A stretch of 36,213 nt of DNA from a virus (IMGVR_UViG_3300017565_000033:1-36213), one strand, 5' to 3'. Numbered from the stretch's first letter, positions 15,902-25,009 are shown. Made by a program: numbers and translations. The notes: a model not told the origin generated them from the sequence alone.

Positions 15902-18250
15902 ATGAGCCACACGCCAGACACCACGCGCCTGCGCGCCCTTCGGCTGAAGGTCGCCTTCTACGCGTCCGCCCAGGACAACATCCCCCAAGCCGCTGAGCTG
16001 TCGTGGCCCGAACTGTCAGCGAAACTCGTCTCTCACCGTCGGAGTCAGTGCGCCACGTCGCCGTGCGTCCGTGGCTGCCCCGGCAAGAATGGCCCCGCGT
16101 GGAGCCCGGTGGACATCGTCGAGCGACGCCGCTCGGAGAACGTGCGCGCCGTCACGGTGGCCGTCTTCGACCTCGACCACCTGACGGCGGCGCAGCTCGC
16201 GTGCCTCGACGCCGTCGAGCGCCATGGACTCGCCTTCGCCGTCCACTCGACGCACAGCAATCGCCCACCCGACGACTACTGCCTGCGGCTGGTGATGCCG
16301 TTGTCCCGGCCCGTGCTCCCGCGCGAGTGGTCGTCCGTGCGCGAGGCCGCAATCCGGATGCTCGGACTCCCCGCCGACCCGGCCACGAAGGACTTGGCGC
16401 GCATCTACTTCCTGCCCGACGCGCCCATGGCTACGGAGCCCTACGCGGCAAGTGGAGACGGAGCGCCCCTCGACGTCGACGCGCTGCTCGCCATGTCCCG
16501 GGCTGGACTTCCCACGGTGGCGGCCCCGGTGCCTTCCCCGAAGACCGAGGAACCCGCCGACCTGTACGAGCTGCGGGCCCTCCTGCGTCGCATTCGCAAG
16601 CCCGAGCACCTCGCCATCGTCCGCCGCGCCCTTGCCGGTGAGCCCCTGGCCCCCGTCGGCGAGCAGGACACGACGCTGAACACGCTGATGTCGTGCGCGG
16701 CCTTCGTCCTGCCACTGTCCACGCCCGAGGCCGTCGTCATCGAGCTGTTCCGCGCGTCCTTCGCGGCAACGGACTGGCGGGAAGAGACAGAGCACCTGTG
16801 CGAACAGGCCGTCCTCAAGCTGCGGCGCCACCGCGAGCGTAGGAAGGCGCGGGATGCCGCACGGCTGGCGGACAACACGGCAATCTGGGAGGCCCTGGGC
16901 AGTCGCGCTCCCGAGGCCGCGTCGAGCGACGGCCCGGGATTCGAGGAGGACGCGCCCGACCCCGACGCGTGGATGAAGGAACTCTTCCTCGACATCACAA
17001 AGGACACCCGACGGCAGATTCGAAACTGCGAAGCGAACGTCGCCATCGTGCTCGGCAAGTCGCCCGAGTGGCGCGGCGTCTTCCGCTTCAATGAAGTCAC
17101 GAAGAAGCTGGAGGTGGATGGCGGCCCCCTCGGCCCCAACGTGGACATTGAGACGCTCGACGTCCTCGTGGCCAACTGGATTCAGCTCAGCAAGTACGGG
17201 CGGCTTGGGCTGATGCCGAAGGCGCACGTCGTCGCACAGCAAATCCTCGCCGTGGCAAAGGCCAATAGCTACGACCCTGTCGCCGACTACCTCGCGGGAC
17301 TCGTCTGGGATGGAACGCCACGGCTCGACGGGATGCTCGCGACGTACTTCGGCGCACAGGGGGATGCTCGATACCTCCAGGCCGTCGGCGCGAAGTTCGC
17401 CATCTCCGCTGTCGCGCGTGCCTTGCGCCCCGGGTGCAAGGTCGACACGGTCATGATTCTGGAGGGGCCCCAGGGCCTACGTAAGTCGACGGCGTTCAGC
17501 ATCTTGGGGGGCCGATACTTCAGCGACGCCCCCATCGACGTCACCAGCAGGGACAGCGCCATGCTCGCCTCCCAATTCTGGTTCATCGAGCTGGCTGAGC
17601 TGAGCACGTTCCGCAAGAGCGAAGACCAGGCTCTCAAGGCGTTCATCACCCGGACGGAGGACACCTACCGGCCGCCCTACGGACGCTCCAACGTGCAGGC
17701 CCCGCGACGCTGCGTCTTCGTCGGGACGACCAACGATGACGACTACCTGCGCGACCCCACGGGACAGAGGCGCTTCTGGCCGGTGAAGTGCTCCCGCATC
17801 GACACCGACGCCCTCAAGCGCGACCGGGACCAAATCTGGGCCGAAGCCGTCGTGCGCTTCCACCAGGGCGAGGACTGGTGGCTGAGCAACGAGGAAGCGG
17901 CAGGGGCCGAGCAGCAAGCCGCGCTGCGCATGGAGAACGTGGGGGACAGCCGGAAGGAAGTCATCCTGCGGTGGATTCTGGAGATGCCACCCGAAAAGCG
18001 ACCCTCGGACGTGACGCTTCTCCATGTGGGCATCGAAGCCTTCGCGCTCCACCAAGCGCAGGTTGACCACCGAATCTCCCGGGAAATCGGCGCAGCATTG
18101 AAGTCGCTAGGCTTCACCCGTGGCCAGCGTCGGATGGGAGACGGGAAGCGCCCGCTCGTCTACTACGTCCCGGACGAACTGAAGAACGCGCCTATGGAGA
18201 AGCGCGGCGAGCGGCATGCCGGGTTTGGCCCCCCTGCCGGTTGCGGGTGA
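15902..18250 (+). CDS. Primase-helicase (N-terminal primase-like domain, C-terminal VirE/VapE-type P-loop NTPase)
   Basis: VFDLD and HSTHS primase-like motifs; LEGPQGLRKST Walker A, ELAEL, YRPPYGR, FVGTTN, DPTGQRRFWP. Alternative in-frame ATG at 15821. Confidence 0.88.
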   Translation: MSHTPDTTRLRALRLKVAFYASAQDNIPQAAELSWPELSAKLVSHRRSQCATSPCVRGCPGKNGPAWSPVDIVERRRSENVRAVTVAVFDLDHLTAAQLACLDAVERHGLAFAVHSTHSNRPPDDYCLRLVMPLSRPVLPREWSSVREAAIRMLGLPADPATKDLARIYFLPDAPMATEPYAASGDGAPLDVDALLAMSRAGLPTVAAPVPSPKTEEPADLYELRALLRRIRKPEHLAIVRRALAGEPLAPVGEQDTTLNTLMSCAAFVLPLSTPEAVVIELFRASFAATDWREETEHLCEQAVLKLRRHRERRKARDAARLADNTAIWEALGSRAPEAASSDGPGFEEDAPDPDAWMKELFLDITKDTRRQIRNCEANVAIVLGKSPEWRGVFRFNEVTKKLEVDGGPLGPNVDIETLDVLVANWIQLSKYGRLGLMPKAHVVAQQILAVAKANSYDPVADYLAGLVWDGTPRLDGMLATYFGAQGDARYLQAVGAKFAISAVARALRPGCKVDTVMILEGPQGLRKSTAFSILGGRYFSDAPIDVTSRDSAMLASQFWFIELAELSTFRKSEDQALKAFITRTEDTYRPPYGRSNVQAPRRCVFVGTTNDDDYLRDPTGQRRFWPVKCSRIDTDALKRDRDQIWAEAVVRFHQGEDWWLSNEEAAGAEQQAALRMENVGDSRKEVILRWILEMPPEKRPSDVTLLHVGIEAFALHQAQVDHRISREIGAALKSLGFTRGQRRMGDGKRPLVYYVPDELKNAPMEKRGERHAGFGPPAGCG

Positions 18251-18281
18251 GCCACTCGCGGGAACCGCACGCATTTAGGGA
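18248..18281 (+). promoter_or_regulatory. 34-bp phage motif copy R4
   Basis: TGAGCCACTCGCGGGAACCGCACGCATTTAGGGA; TGA is the primase stop; GTG 6 nt after CATTTA. Confidence 0.8.
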
Positions 18282-18283
18282 GG

Positions 18284-19630
18284 GTGACGCCTCCCGTCGA
18301 CATCCCGAAGCATGGCCCCTCCGTGATTGCCGGGGTCATCCAGCGATTGAGCGTCTCGCAGCTCAAGCGCCACAAGCTGTGTCCGCGTGCGTGGTTCTTT
18401 CAGAAGGTCATGCGCGTCTCCGAGCCCAGCACGGGAGCGCAACAGGTCGGCACCGAAGGGCACGCCCAGCTTGAGCACTTCCTTTCGACGGGCGAAGACG
18501 TGCTGGGCACATTCGCCAGGGCAGGCGCCCATCTTCTGCCCACGCCCGGTCCCGACCTGCTTATCGAGCAGCCCTTGAATGGTGAACCGCCGCTGATGGC
18601 TGGCGGCATCCCGTTCACCGGCTTCATCGACCTCGTAGACGCTCGACGACTCGCCTCTGACGGCGTCCTTCGCATCACCGACCACAAGTTCACCAGCAAC
18701 GTCGCGACGAATGCCGCGAGCGCCGAGCAGCTCGCCGACGCCGACACCGAACCGGGCTTGCAGATGGTCGGCTATGGCGCGTGGGCACTCAGCCAGGTTG
18801 CGCGCTTCCCGGGGCTGCGCACGCTGGAGCTTGAACACCTCTACTACCAGACCCGGGGACAGCGCCTTGCCGCGTCCGTCGTCGCAACGGTGCCCGCCGA
18901 GCACGTCGCGCACGAGTGGCAGACAAAGGTCGAGCCCCAAGTCGAAGCGATGAAAGAGCACGCGCAAGCCGCCCGCGCTTCCGACGTGCCCGCGAACTAC
19001 GGCCCCGCCTGCGGCAAGTACGGCGGATGTCCGTTCATGGCGAAGTGCCTCACAGGAGAGAACAAGACGATGTCCCTGCGTGACAAGCTGCTCAACAAGG
19101 CTTCCGAGTCCGCCCCCCTTACCGTTGCCGCGGTCGAGCGCGACGCCCCGGAGCTGCCCGCCGTTCTTCCCCCGGACGCGCCCACACCTACGCCCGTGCA
19201 GACGGCTCCGGAGGTCGCCCAGGCCACTGAGCAGCCCGCGCCGAAGCGTCGCGGTCGCCCTCGCAAGGCGGCCGAGTCCGAGCAGCCCACCGACGCGGCC
19301 CCGTCGCCTCCGAGCGCGCTTCGGGTGCTCTTCGTCGACTGCATCCCGACGACCTTCGACGGACCGACGCCCGAGTCGCTTACGAGCTACGTCGACACCA
19401 TGCATCGCAAGGTGGCCGAAGCGGGCGGCGTCGACGACGTGCGCTTCGCGGGCTCCGACTCGGCGCTCGGGTTCGGCAAGTGGCGAGGGGCGCTTGCCAT
19501 GGCGGCGCGCGCCGAACCGCCCGCCCCCGGCGCATACCTCGCGCTCGGGGTCGCCCAGTCGGAGCTGATGCAGGTCATCGTTGAGGCGCTTGAGCCGGCG
19601 TTCGACGTGGTCGTTCGCGGCACACGATAG
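18284..19630 (+). CDS. Cas4-like PD-(D/E)xK exonuclease with AT-hook linker and C-terminal domain
   Basis: LSVSQL..CPR, GFIDL, DHKF, QMVGY, Cys cluster CGKYGGCPFMAKC; PKRRGRPRK at 19241-19267. Confidence 0.8.
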   Translation: MTPPVDIPKHGPSVIAGVIQRLSVSQLKRHKLCPRAWFFQKVMRVSEPSTGAQQVGTEGHAQLEHFLSTGEDVLGTFARAGAHLLPTPGPDLLIEQPLNGEPPLMAGGIPFTGFIDLVDARRLASDGVLRITDHKFTSNVATNAASAEQLADADTEPGLQMVGYGAWALSQVARFPGLRTLELEHLYYQTRGQRLAASVVATVPAEHVAHEWQTKVEPQVEAMKEHAQAARASDVPANYGPACGKYGGCPFMAKCLTGENKTMSLRDKLLNKASESAPLTVAAVERDAPELPAVLPPDAPTPTPVQTAPEVAQATEQPAPKRRGRPRKAAESEQPTDAAPSPPSALRVLFVDCIPTTFDGPTPESLTSYVDTMHRKVAEAGGVDDVRFAGSDSALGFGKWRGALAMAARAEPPAPGAYLALGVAQSELMQVIVEALEPAFDVVVRGTR

Positions 19631-19698
19631 CGACACTACGACCAGGAATTTTGGCCAATCGCATCGGAAGGAAATCTGAGCCCTCTACGGAGACAAGG

Positions 19699-20769
19699 CT
19701 AGCTATCTTCCAACTCCATCCTGGCAGCGAATGTACGCTGAAACTCTTGATAGCGCGACCACGATTCCTTTCGCAGCAAATCCAAATCGAGTTCAACATA
19801 GTTCGTCCGCAGATGCGCCATCAACTCAGAGTACCCAACGCGGAGTTCTTGAACTTCACGTTGCGCCTTCTTGAAGTCCACTTCGGAGGCACGCGTTGGA
19901 AATAGATCTCCAGGCGTATCCCAAACACAAAAATCACCAACACCGCTCTTATAATGCTCCCCATGAGACATGACACTGCCCCACTGAACATGAAGTTTAC
20001 CCACAAGTTCCCTGGCAGTTTCGTCATACAGATGCGTCGACGATGCAGTCCAGAGTGTGTTGAAGTCCTCCCAGAACGTCAACACACTATCCTCAATACG
20101 GCGTGGCGCCTCCCTGAGCAGGCCATCGATCACATCCGGATTGACATATATCAGCAAACTCTGAAGCATCTTCAGGTCACGTTGCCTTCTTACGGCAGCC
20201 TCATCAACAACGGCAACAACAGGGCGCTCGGGCGAGGCACTGACGATTCCCTCCAACGCTCGCGTCAGGAACTTAGTCAACTCCCCTAAAGCACTGGCTA
20301 TTGAGCCTTTGTCCTTTTGTGCATCATCGCTCTGAGGGGGACACCTGAATGGGCCAATGGTCTTCTGCTTGATGTCAAAAGGAAGGCTATCAATCACACC
20401 AAGACTCACATTGGCAACCATCACCACTCGTTTCCATCCGAGCAGACCCGCCGCATACCCAAGTTCAATCAGCACATTGGGGTTCGGCATCTTACGGCCA
20501 ACGTTCGCGCCGCTGTTCACGATTGAGACATCAGCGACAAAAATATCTGATGCGCCTATTTTCCGGAAAATCGTATTAGGGATATCTGGACTTCCGGTCT
20601 CACCGCGTGTCGCCTCATCGAGATTCAATTGGACACCAGGGATTTTTGCCTCAACAGCGCTCGCCGCATTTCTCAAAGCACTCCTGATAAGATTCCGGCC
20701 ATGGCCATCTGGCTTTATGTCTGACTGCCAGGAATAAAACACATTTAGAGTCTTCAAATCGCTATCCAT
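19699..20769 (-). CDS. TIR/nucleoside deoxyribosyltransferase-like domain protein (candidate defence moron)
   Basis: VFYSWQSD, GSPDI..TIFRKI..SDIFVADVS, NPNVLIELGYA, LPFDI; visibly lower GC, antisense to its neighbours. Start uncertain: ORF is open from 20946. Confidence 0.7.
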   Translation of the reverse strand: MDSDLKTLNVFYSWQSDIKPDGHGRNLIRSALRNAASAVEAKIPGVQLNLDEATRGETGSPDIPNTIFRKIGASDIFVADVSIVNSGANVGRKMPNPNVLIELGYAAGLLGWKRVVMVANVSLGVIDSLPFDIKQKTIGPFRCPPQSDDAQKDKGSIASALGELTKFLTRALEGIVSASPERPVVAVVDEAAVRRQRDLKMLQSLLIYVNPDVIDGLLREAPRRIEDSVLTFWEDFNTLWTASSTHLYDETARELVGKLHVQWGSVMSHGEHYKSGVGDFCVWDTPGDLFPTRASEVDFKKAQREVQELRVGYSELMAHLRTNYVELDLDLLRKESWSRYQEFQRTFAARMELEDS

Positions 20770-20972
20770 AATGGGAAGCCGCCTTTCGTGGGCTAATGAA
20801 TACCGCTCAATGGGACTTAGCATGCTCTCCTGAAGAGAGTGAATGGTGTCGAAATTGACACTGGTCATTCTGAGTCCGCAGTAACCCACGAAAGCTCTTC
20901 GCCCGCCGCACATGAAGTCGCCGTATTGCAGCATCCCGGTCGACATTCCGACTAGCTCTACCCCAATCCACC

Positions 20973-22886
20973 ATGAAACTTCTCCACCGGCTTCACCCGG
21001 GCGCGGCGACTTTCGCCGAGCGCCCCGCCACCGCTGCGCCCGCGTCTCTCGCGAAGCTCACTGGCGACCGCTCGACTATCGCGAAGGGGCAGCCCGTGGG
21101 CTGGTCGCCAGACCTCGCACGGGTGCTCAGCCTTCCGCGCCGCGACCTCGCGAGCACCTACGCCGCCGCCGACTTCGCCGCGTTGGAAGCCTCGCTGCGC
21201 GCCCCTGCCGACACGCGTTGCACTTGCGGGACGCTCGGGAAACGGTGCCCCTCCGCGTTGCTTCCCATCCAGCGCCTCGCCCTCCTGGAAGCCGCGCGCA
21301 CGGGTGGCGGGCTGTTCCCCATCGGCGTGGGGCATGGGAAGACGCTGGTCGACCTCCTGCTGCCGCTCGTCGTGCCTGGGTGCAAGGTCGCCGTCCTACT
21401 CCTACCGTCCAACCTTCGCGCCCAGCTTATCGACGTCGATTGGCAGTTCTACGGCGGGCACTGGCGCCTTCCCAACCTCGCTGGCGGCAGGTGGTTCCGC
21501 ACCGGCCTGCCTGTCCTTCACGTCATCACCTACGAGAAATTTTCGACCCAAGAGGGGACGGACCTCCTAACGCGCATCCGGCCCGACCTCATCATCTGCG
21601 ACGAAGCGCACAAGCTGAAGGACCGGAAGAGCGCCCGCACCGGCCGGTTCCTTCGCTACCTGGAGCTGAACCCCGAAACGCGTCTCGTAGCCCAGTCGGG
21701 CACGCTGGCGACGAGAACGGTCAAGGACTACGCCCACCTCGCGGAGTACGCGCTGCGTGACGGCAGCCCGCTCCCGTTGAAGCAGCACGTCGTCGAAGAG
21801 TGGGCGTCGGCGCTGGACCCCGGAACTACCGTCGCCCCTCCGGGAGCACTTCTTCAGCTCGTTGACCCGACGCACTCACTTGCCCCACTTGAAGGGGAGA
21901 ACGAAGCCGACCGTGAGCGCCGACGCGTGCGTGACGCCTATCGTCGGTGGCGCAACGCAACGCCTGGTGTCGTCGCCACGGACGACAGCGCCGTCGGCAT
22001 GCCGCTCGTCATTCGCACGCGCGACCCGGGCAAGGTCCCCGACGAGCTGCTCGCCCACATTCAGACGGCACTCGGCGGGCAACGCCCCGACGGCGAAGAG
22101 TTCGTCGACGAGCTGCAACGCGTGGTGTGTGCCCGACAGCTCGCGAGCGGCTTCTTCCACCGCTGGCGCTACCCCGACGTCCAGGGAGTTCCGCAGGCCC
22201 CCGAGCTGATCGTTCGGTGGTTCGCGCGTCGGCAGGAGTTCAACCGGGAGCTGCGCGAGCGCCTCAAGCGGCCCGCCGAGCATCTCGACTCACCCGGGCT
22301 GCTGGTGCGCGCCGCGATTCGCGCCCACCAGTCCCCGCCCTACGACGGGGAACTGCCGACTTGGCGCGCGGCGTCCTGGCCCGCCTGGGGCGAGATTCAC
22401 AAGCGCGTCGTCCACGTCACCGAAGCCGTGTGGCTCTCCGACTTCATCGTGCGTGACGCGGCGAAGTGGGCGCTACGCAAGGGGCAGCCGGGAATCGTCT
22501 GGGTTGAGTTCCCGGAGCTTGGCCAGCGCATCGCGAAGGCGGCAGGTTTGCCCTTCTACGGCGGCGGCCCGGAAGCGTCGGCGACCATCATCCGGGAGAG
22601 TGGGAAGCGGTCCATCGTCGCTTCGCTTCGTGCCCACGGCACGGGGAAGAACCTGACGATGTTCTCACGGATGCTGTTCGTGAATCCACCGGCCGACGGC
22701 GCTGCGTGGGAACAGGCCATTGGCCGGTGCCACCGACAGGGGCAGCTCACCGACGAAGTCGAGGTCGAGCTGTACCAGCACACCGACGAGCTAGTCGGGG
22801 CCTTCCAGAAGGCCCGCGATTTCGCCCGGTTCATCGAGCAGACGGAGGGCACACCACAGAAGCTACGCTGCGCGAACTACCAATGA
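20973..22886 (+). CDS. Superfamily 2 (SNF2-like) helicase
   Basis: GVGHGKT, DEAH, SGT, GTGKNL and EQAIGRCHRQGQ motifs. Confidence 0.9.
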   Translation: MKLLHRLHPGAATFAERPATAAPASLAKLTGDRSTIAKGQPVGWSPDLARVLSLPRRDLASTYAAADFAALEASLRAPADTRCTCGTLGKRCPSALLPIQRLALLEAARTGGGLFPIGVGHGKTLVDLLLPLVVPGCKVAVLLLPSNLRAQLIDVDWQFYGGHWRLPNLAGGRWFRTGLPVLHVITYEKFSTQEGTDLLTRIRPDLIICDEAHKLKDRKSARTGRFLRYLELNPETRLVAQSGTLATRTVKDYAHLAEYALRDGSPLPLKQHVVEEWASALDPGTTVAPPGALLQLVDPTHSLAPLEGENEADRERRRVRDAYRRWRNATPGVVATDDSAVGMPLVIRTRDPGKVPDELLAHIQTALGGQRPDGEEFVDELQRVVCARQLASGFFHRWRYPDVQGVPQAPELIVRWFARRQEFNRELRERLKRPAEHLDSPGLLVRAAIRAHQSPPYDGELPTWRAASWPAWGEIHKRVVHVTEAVWLSDFIVRDAAKWALRKGQPGIVWVEFPELGQRIAKAAGLPFYGGGPEASATIIRESGKRSIVASLRAHGTGKNLTMFSRMLFVNPPADGAAWEQAIGRCHRQGQLTDEVEVELYQHTDELVGAFQKARDFARFIEQTEGTPQKLRCANYQ

Positions 22887-22909
22887 CGAGGCCACATGAC
22901 GCCACGATG

Positions 22910-24091
22910 TTAAAACGGAATGTTGTCGTCGTCGTCCGCAGTCGGAGTCGGAACCGGAGTCACTTCGGGGCCGTCAGGAGGAATAGCGTTGAGAAGAAGG
23001 TCAGCGTGGGCCATAAGCCAGTCGTGAGCAGCATCTGTCAGGCGGTGCCCGAAAGCGCGCTCATCCTCATCGAAGAAGCCTTCAATGAAGCCACGGCGCT
23101 TCAGACCTATAAACCCAATATTAAAAAGAGCATGCTCCCCTCGCGGCATCTCATTTCTAATCGCATAATCTCGAAAAACATCGTTTGTCTCCTTGATTAT
23201 ATTCGTAAGCACCTTCAATTCCGCTGGATGCAATCCTTCCACATTCGAGTCTACCGCGTTACGTCCTGAGGCCCACTCGGCTCTCCGGCGAGCTTTGAGT
23301 TGAACCCTCACTTCTTGTAGCGCCGCAACCACCTCATCCATTGACTGCGGGCGTTCAGCGATTGTTATTGCCGTCATCTTATCGACAAGACTCTCCCAAA
23401 CACTCGGCACCTGATACCTAAACCCAGCCACAGGATGCTTCCCTGTCGTCATATACACGACGGCCTGCCCCAATCCATAGATATCGGCATGATAAGTTGC
23501 CTCATGCGCATCATACACCAGGATTTCAGGTGCCATGTAACCGGGAGTTCCAAGTATGCCCTGAGTCTTTGGCACACTCGACTGTCCTTTGGGCTTCTTA
23601 ACAAGCCCGAAGTCACTGACAACCCAACGCTCGCCCATGCGAAGAATGTTGTTGGGCGTTACGTCGCGGTGCACAAGCCCAACAGCATGGGCCGCTGCCA
23701 AGCCCTTCGCAGCTTGAGTCATCGCCTCAATTCGCTCTTCGTCACATAGTTCCGGAGCAAGACTCGTCAAGGTCCCATCCGCCAGTGGCATTGCATACCA
23801 GTCATCCCCCGCGTCTCGAATTTCGATAACATGCTGGTGATGCAATGCCTGGAGAATCACAATCTCGCGAGCAAACCGGCGAAGCTCTTCCCCGCCTGAC
23901 CAGTTCGGCACCTTCAGTGCGAGTTCCTCGCCAGTGCGGAGGTCGCGAACTTTAAAGACCTCGGCAAAGCCCCCGCTCCCGAGCGTGCCGATCTTTTTGT
24001 ACCGCTCCTCCCAGTTGAACCTGGGCGCAGATTCCGCCCCTGAGTGTTGAGAGGTCAGTGGAAGGCTAGCGCTTTTCGATTGGCTCCCCAT
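22910..24091 (-). CDS. Hanks-type Ser/Thr protein kinase with C-terminal winged-helix-like domain and DDDDNIPF tail
   Basis: LGSGGFAEV, ALK, HRDVTPNN, DFG, GTPGYMAPE, DIYGLG; lower GC, antisense. Start at ATG 24091 or GTG 24133. Confidence 0.9.
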   Translation of the reverse strand: MGSQSKSASLPLTSQHSGAESAPRFNWEERYKKIGTLGSGGFAEVFKVRDLRTGEELALKVPNWSGGEELRRFAREIVILQALHHQHVIEIRDAGDDWYAMPLADGTLTSLAPELCDEERIEAMTQAAKGLAAAHAVGLVHRDVTPNNILRMGERWVVSDFGLVKKPKGQSSVPKTQGILGTPGYMAPEILVYDAHEATYHADIYGLGQAVVYMTTGKHPVAGFRYQVPSVWESLVDKMTAITIAERPQSMDEVVAALQEVRVQLKARRRAEWASGRNAVDSNVEGLHPAELKVLTNIIKETNDVFRDYAIRNEMPRGEHALFNIGFIGLKRRGFIEGFFDEDERAFGHRLTDAAHDWLMAHADLLLNAIPPDGPEVTPVPTPTADDDDNIPF

Positions 24092-24309
24092 TAGGCGATC
24101 AACCGACCGCCCCTTCGGAAAGTCAAGGCGCACGCCCCCCCTATTGTTGCTCTGCTCATTTCGAACAGCTCGCTACGAAATCACGCGGCTCTACTGTCAC
24201 ATCAACTAACTGCCATAGCTGTCGGCACGGCGACCACCTAGCCCCACACTTAACGCATTGGGCTATGATAAGTGTGCTTCGCTCGCCACAAGTGGACGGC
24301 GCGTCACAT

Positions 24310-24343
24310 CGGGCCACTCCCAGAATCCGCACGCATTTACGTG
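24310..24343 (+). promoter_or_regulatory. 34-bp phage motif copy R5
   Basis: CGGGCCACTCCCAGAATCCGCACGCATTTACGTG upstream of the SSB-like gene. Confidence 0.8.
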
Positions 24344-24394
24344 GGGTCAGCGCACTTCGCCGCTGACGCAACCCCAGCCGAAAGGCCCACGTAA
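24337..24394 (+). promoter_or_regulatory. Structured mRNA leader (three-way junction) abutting ATG 24396
   Basis: Outer stem TTACGTGGG/CCCACGTAA, inner stem GTCAGCG/CGCTGAC, GCC-GAAA-GGC tetraloop. Confidence 0.55.
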
Positions 24395-24395
24395 C

Positions 24396-24926
24396 ATGAA
24401 CAACGCATTGACGAAGATTGCCACCGCGCAGGCTGCGGCTGGCGGACGCTACCCGCGCTTCGGTCGCTACCTGCTCGAAGTCGAGGTCATCCGCACGAAG
24501 GAGGGCTTCAAGGGCGACTCGGCCATCGCCGAGCTGAAGGTTCGCGAGTCCGAGGCCCTCGCGGGTGGCGAGACTCCGAGCCGACCGGGCGAGACGGTCG
24601 ACTACGTCGAGAACCTGAGCGACCAGAAGAAGGGCGGCGGCGGGCGCTTCAAGTCCTTCCTGATGACGCTCGTGGGGGCCGACGAGTACGAGTTCGCCAA
24701 CCCGGCCGCCCTGAAGAAGTTCTTCGACGAGCGGCAGGCGGGCACCCACCTCCTGATTCGCTGCGAGGTCTTCCCGAAGCAGCTCCCCGCAAAGGAGGGC
24801 CACGCCGGGAAGGTCATCAGCGGCTACCGCTGGTCGCACGTCGAGCTGAACGACGAGCAGCTCGCCCAGGTCGAGCACGCACGCAAGGCGAGCAAGCTCC
24901 CCGCGCTCGCCGACGCCCTCGCCTGA
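24396..24926 (+). CDS. Putative single-stranded DNA-binding protein
   Basis: 176 aa between helicase and DNA polymerase; beta-strand pattern (GRYLLEVEVI) compatible with an OB fold; no acidic tail. Mostly synteny-based. Confidence 0.5.
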   Translation: MNNALTKIATAQAAAGGRYPRFGRYLLEVEVIRTKEGFKGDSAIAELKVRESEALAGGETPSRPGETVDYVENLSDQKKGGGGRFKSFLMTLVGADEYEFANPAALKKFFDERQAGTHLLIRCEVFPKQLPAKEGHAGKVISGYRWSHVELNDEQLAQVEHARKASKLPALADALA

Positions 24927-25009
24927 CACCGGGCGGCGACTGACGGCGCGCTTCCGTCGGCGGATGGCCCACGACACGGGCCGCATCCCCATTCCCCGAG
25001 GCATCCTTC

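Noticed and set aside
23640-23675. Kinase as pseudokinase because the catalytic loop is HRDVTP rather than HRDxKP
   Set aside because: The catalytic Asp/Asn, ALK lysine, DFG and APE are intact, and the similar HRDVSP loop is common in myxobacterial kinases
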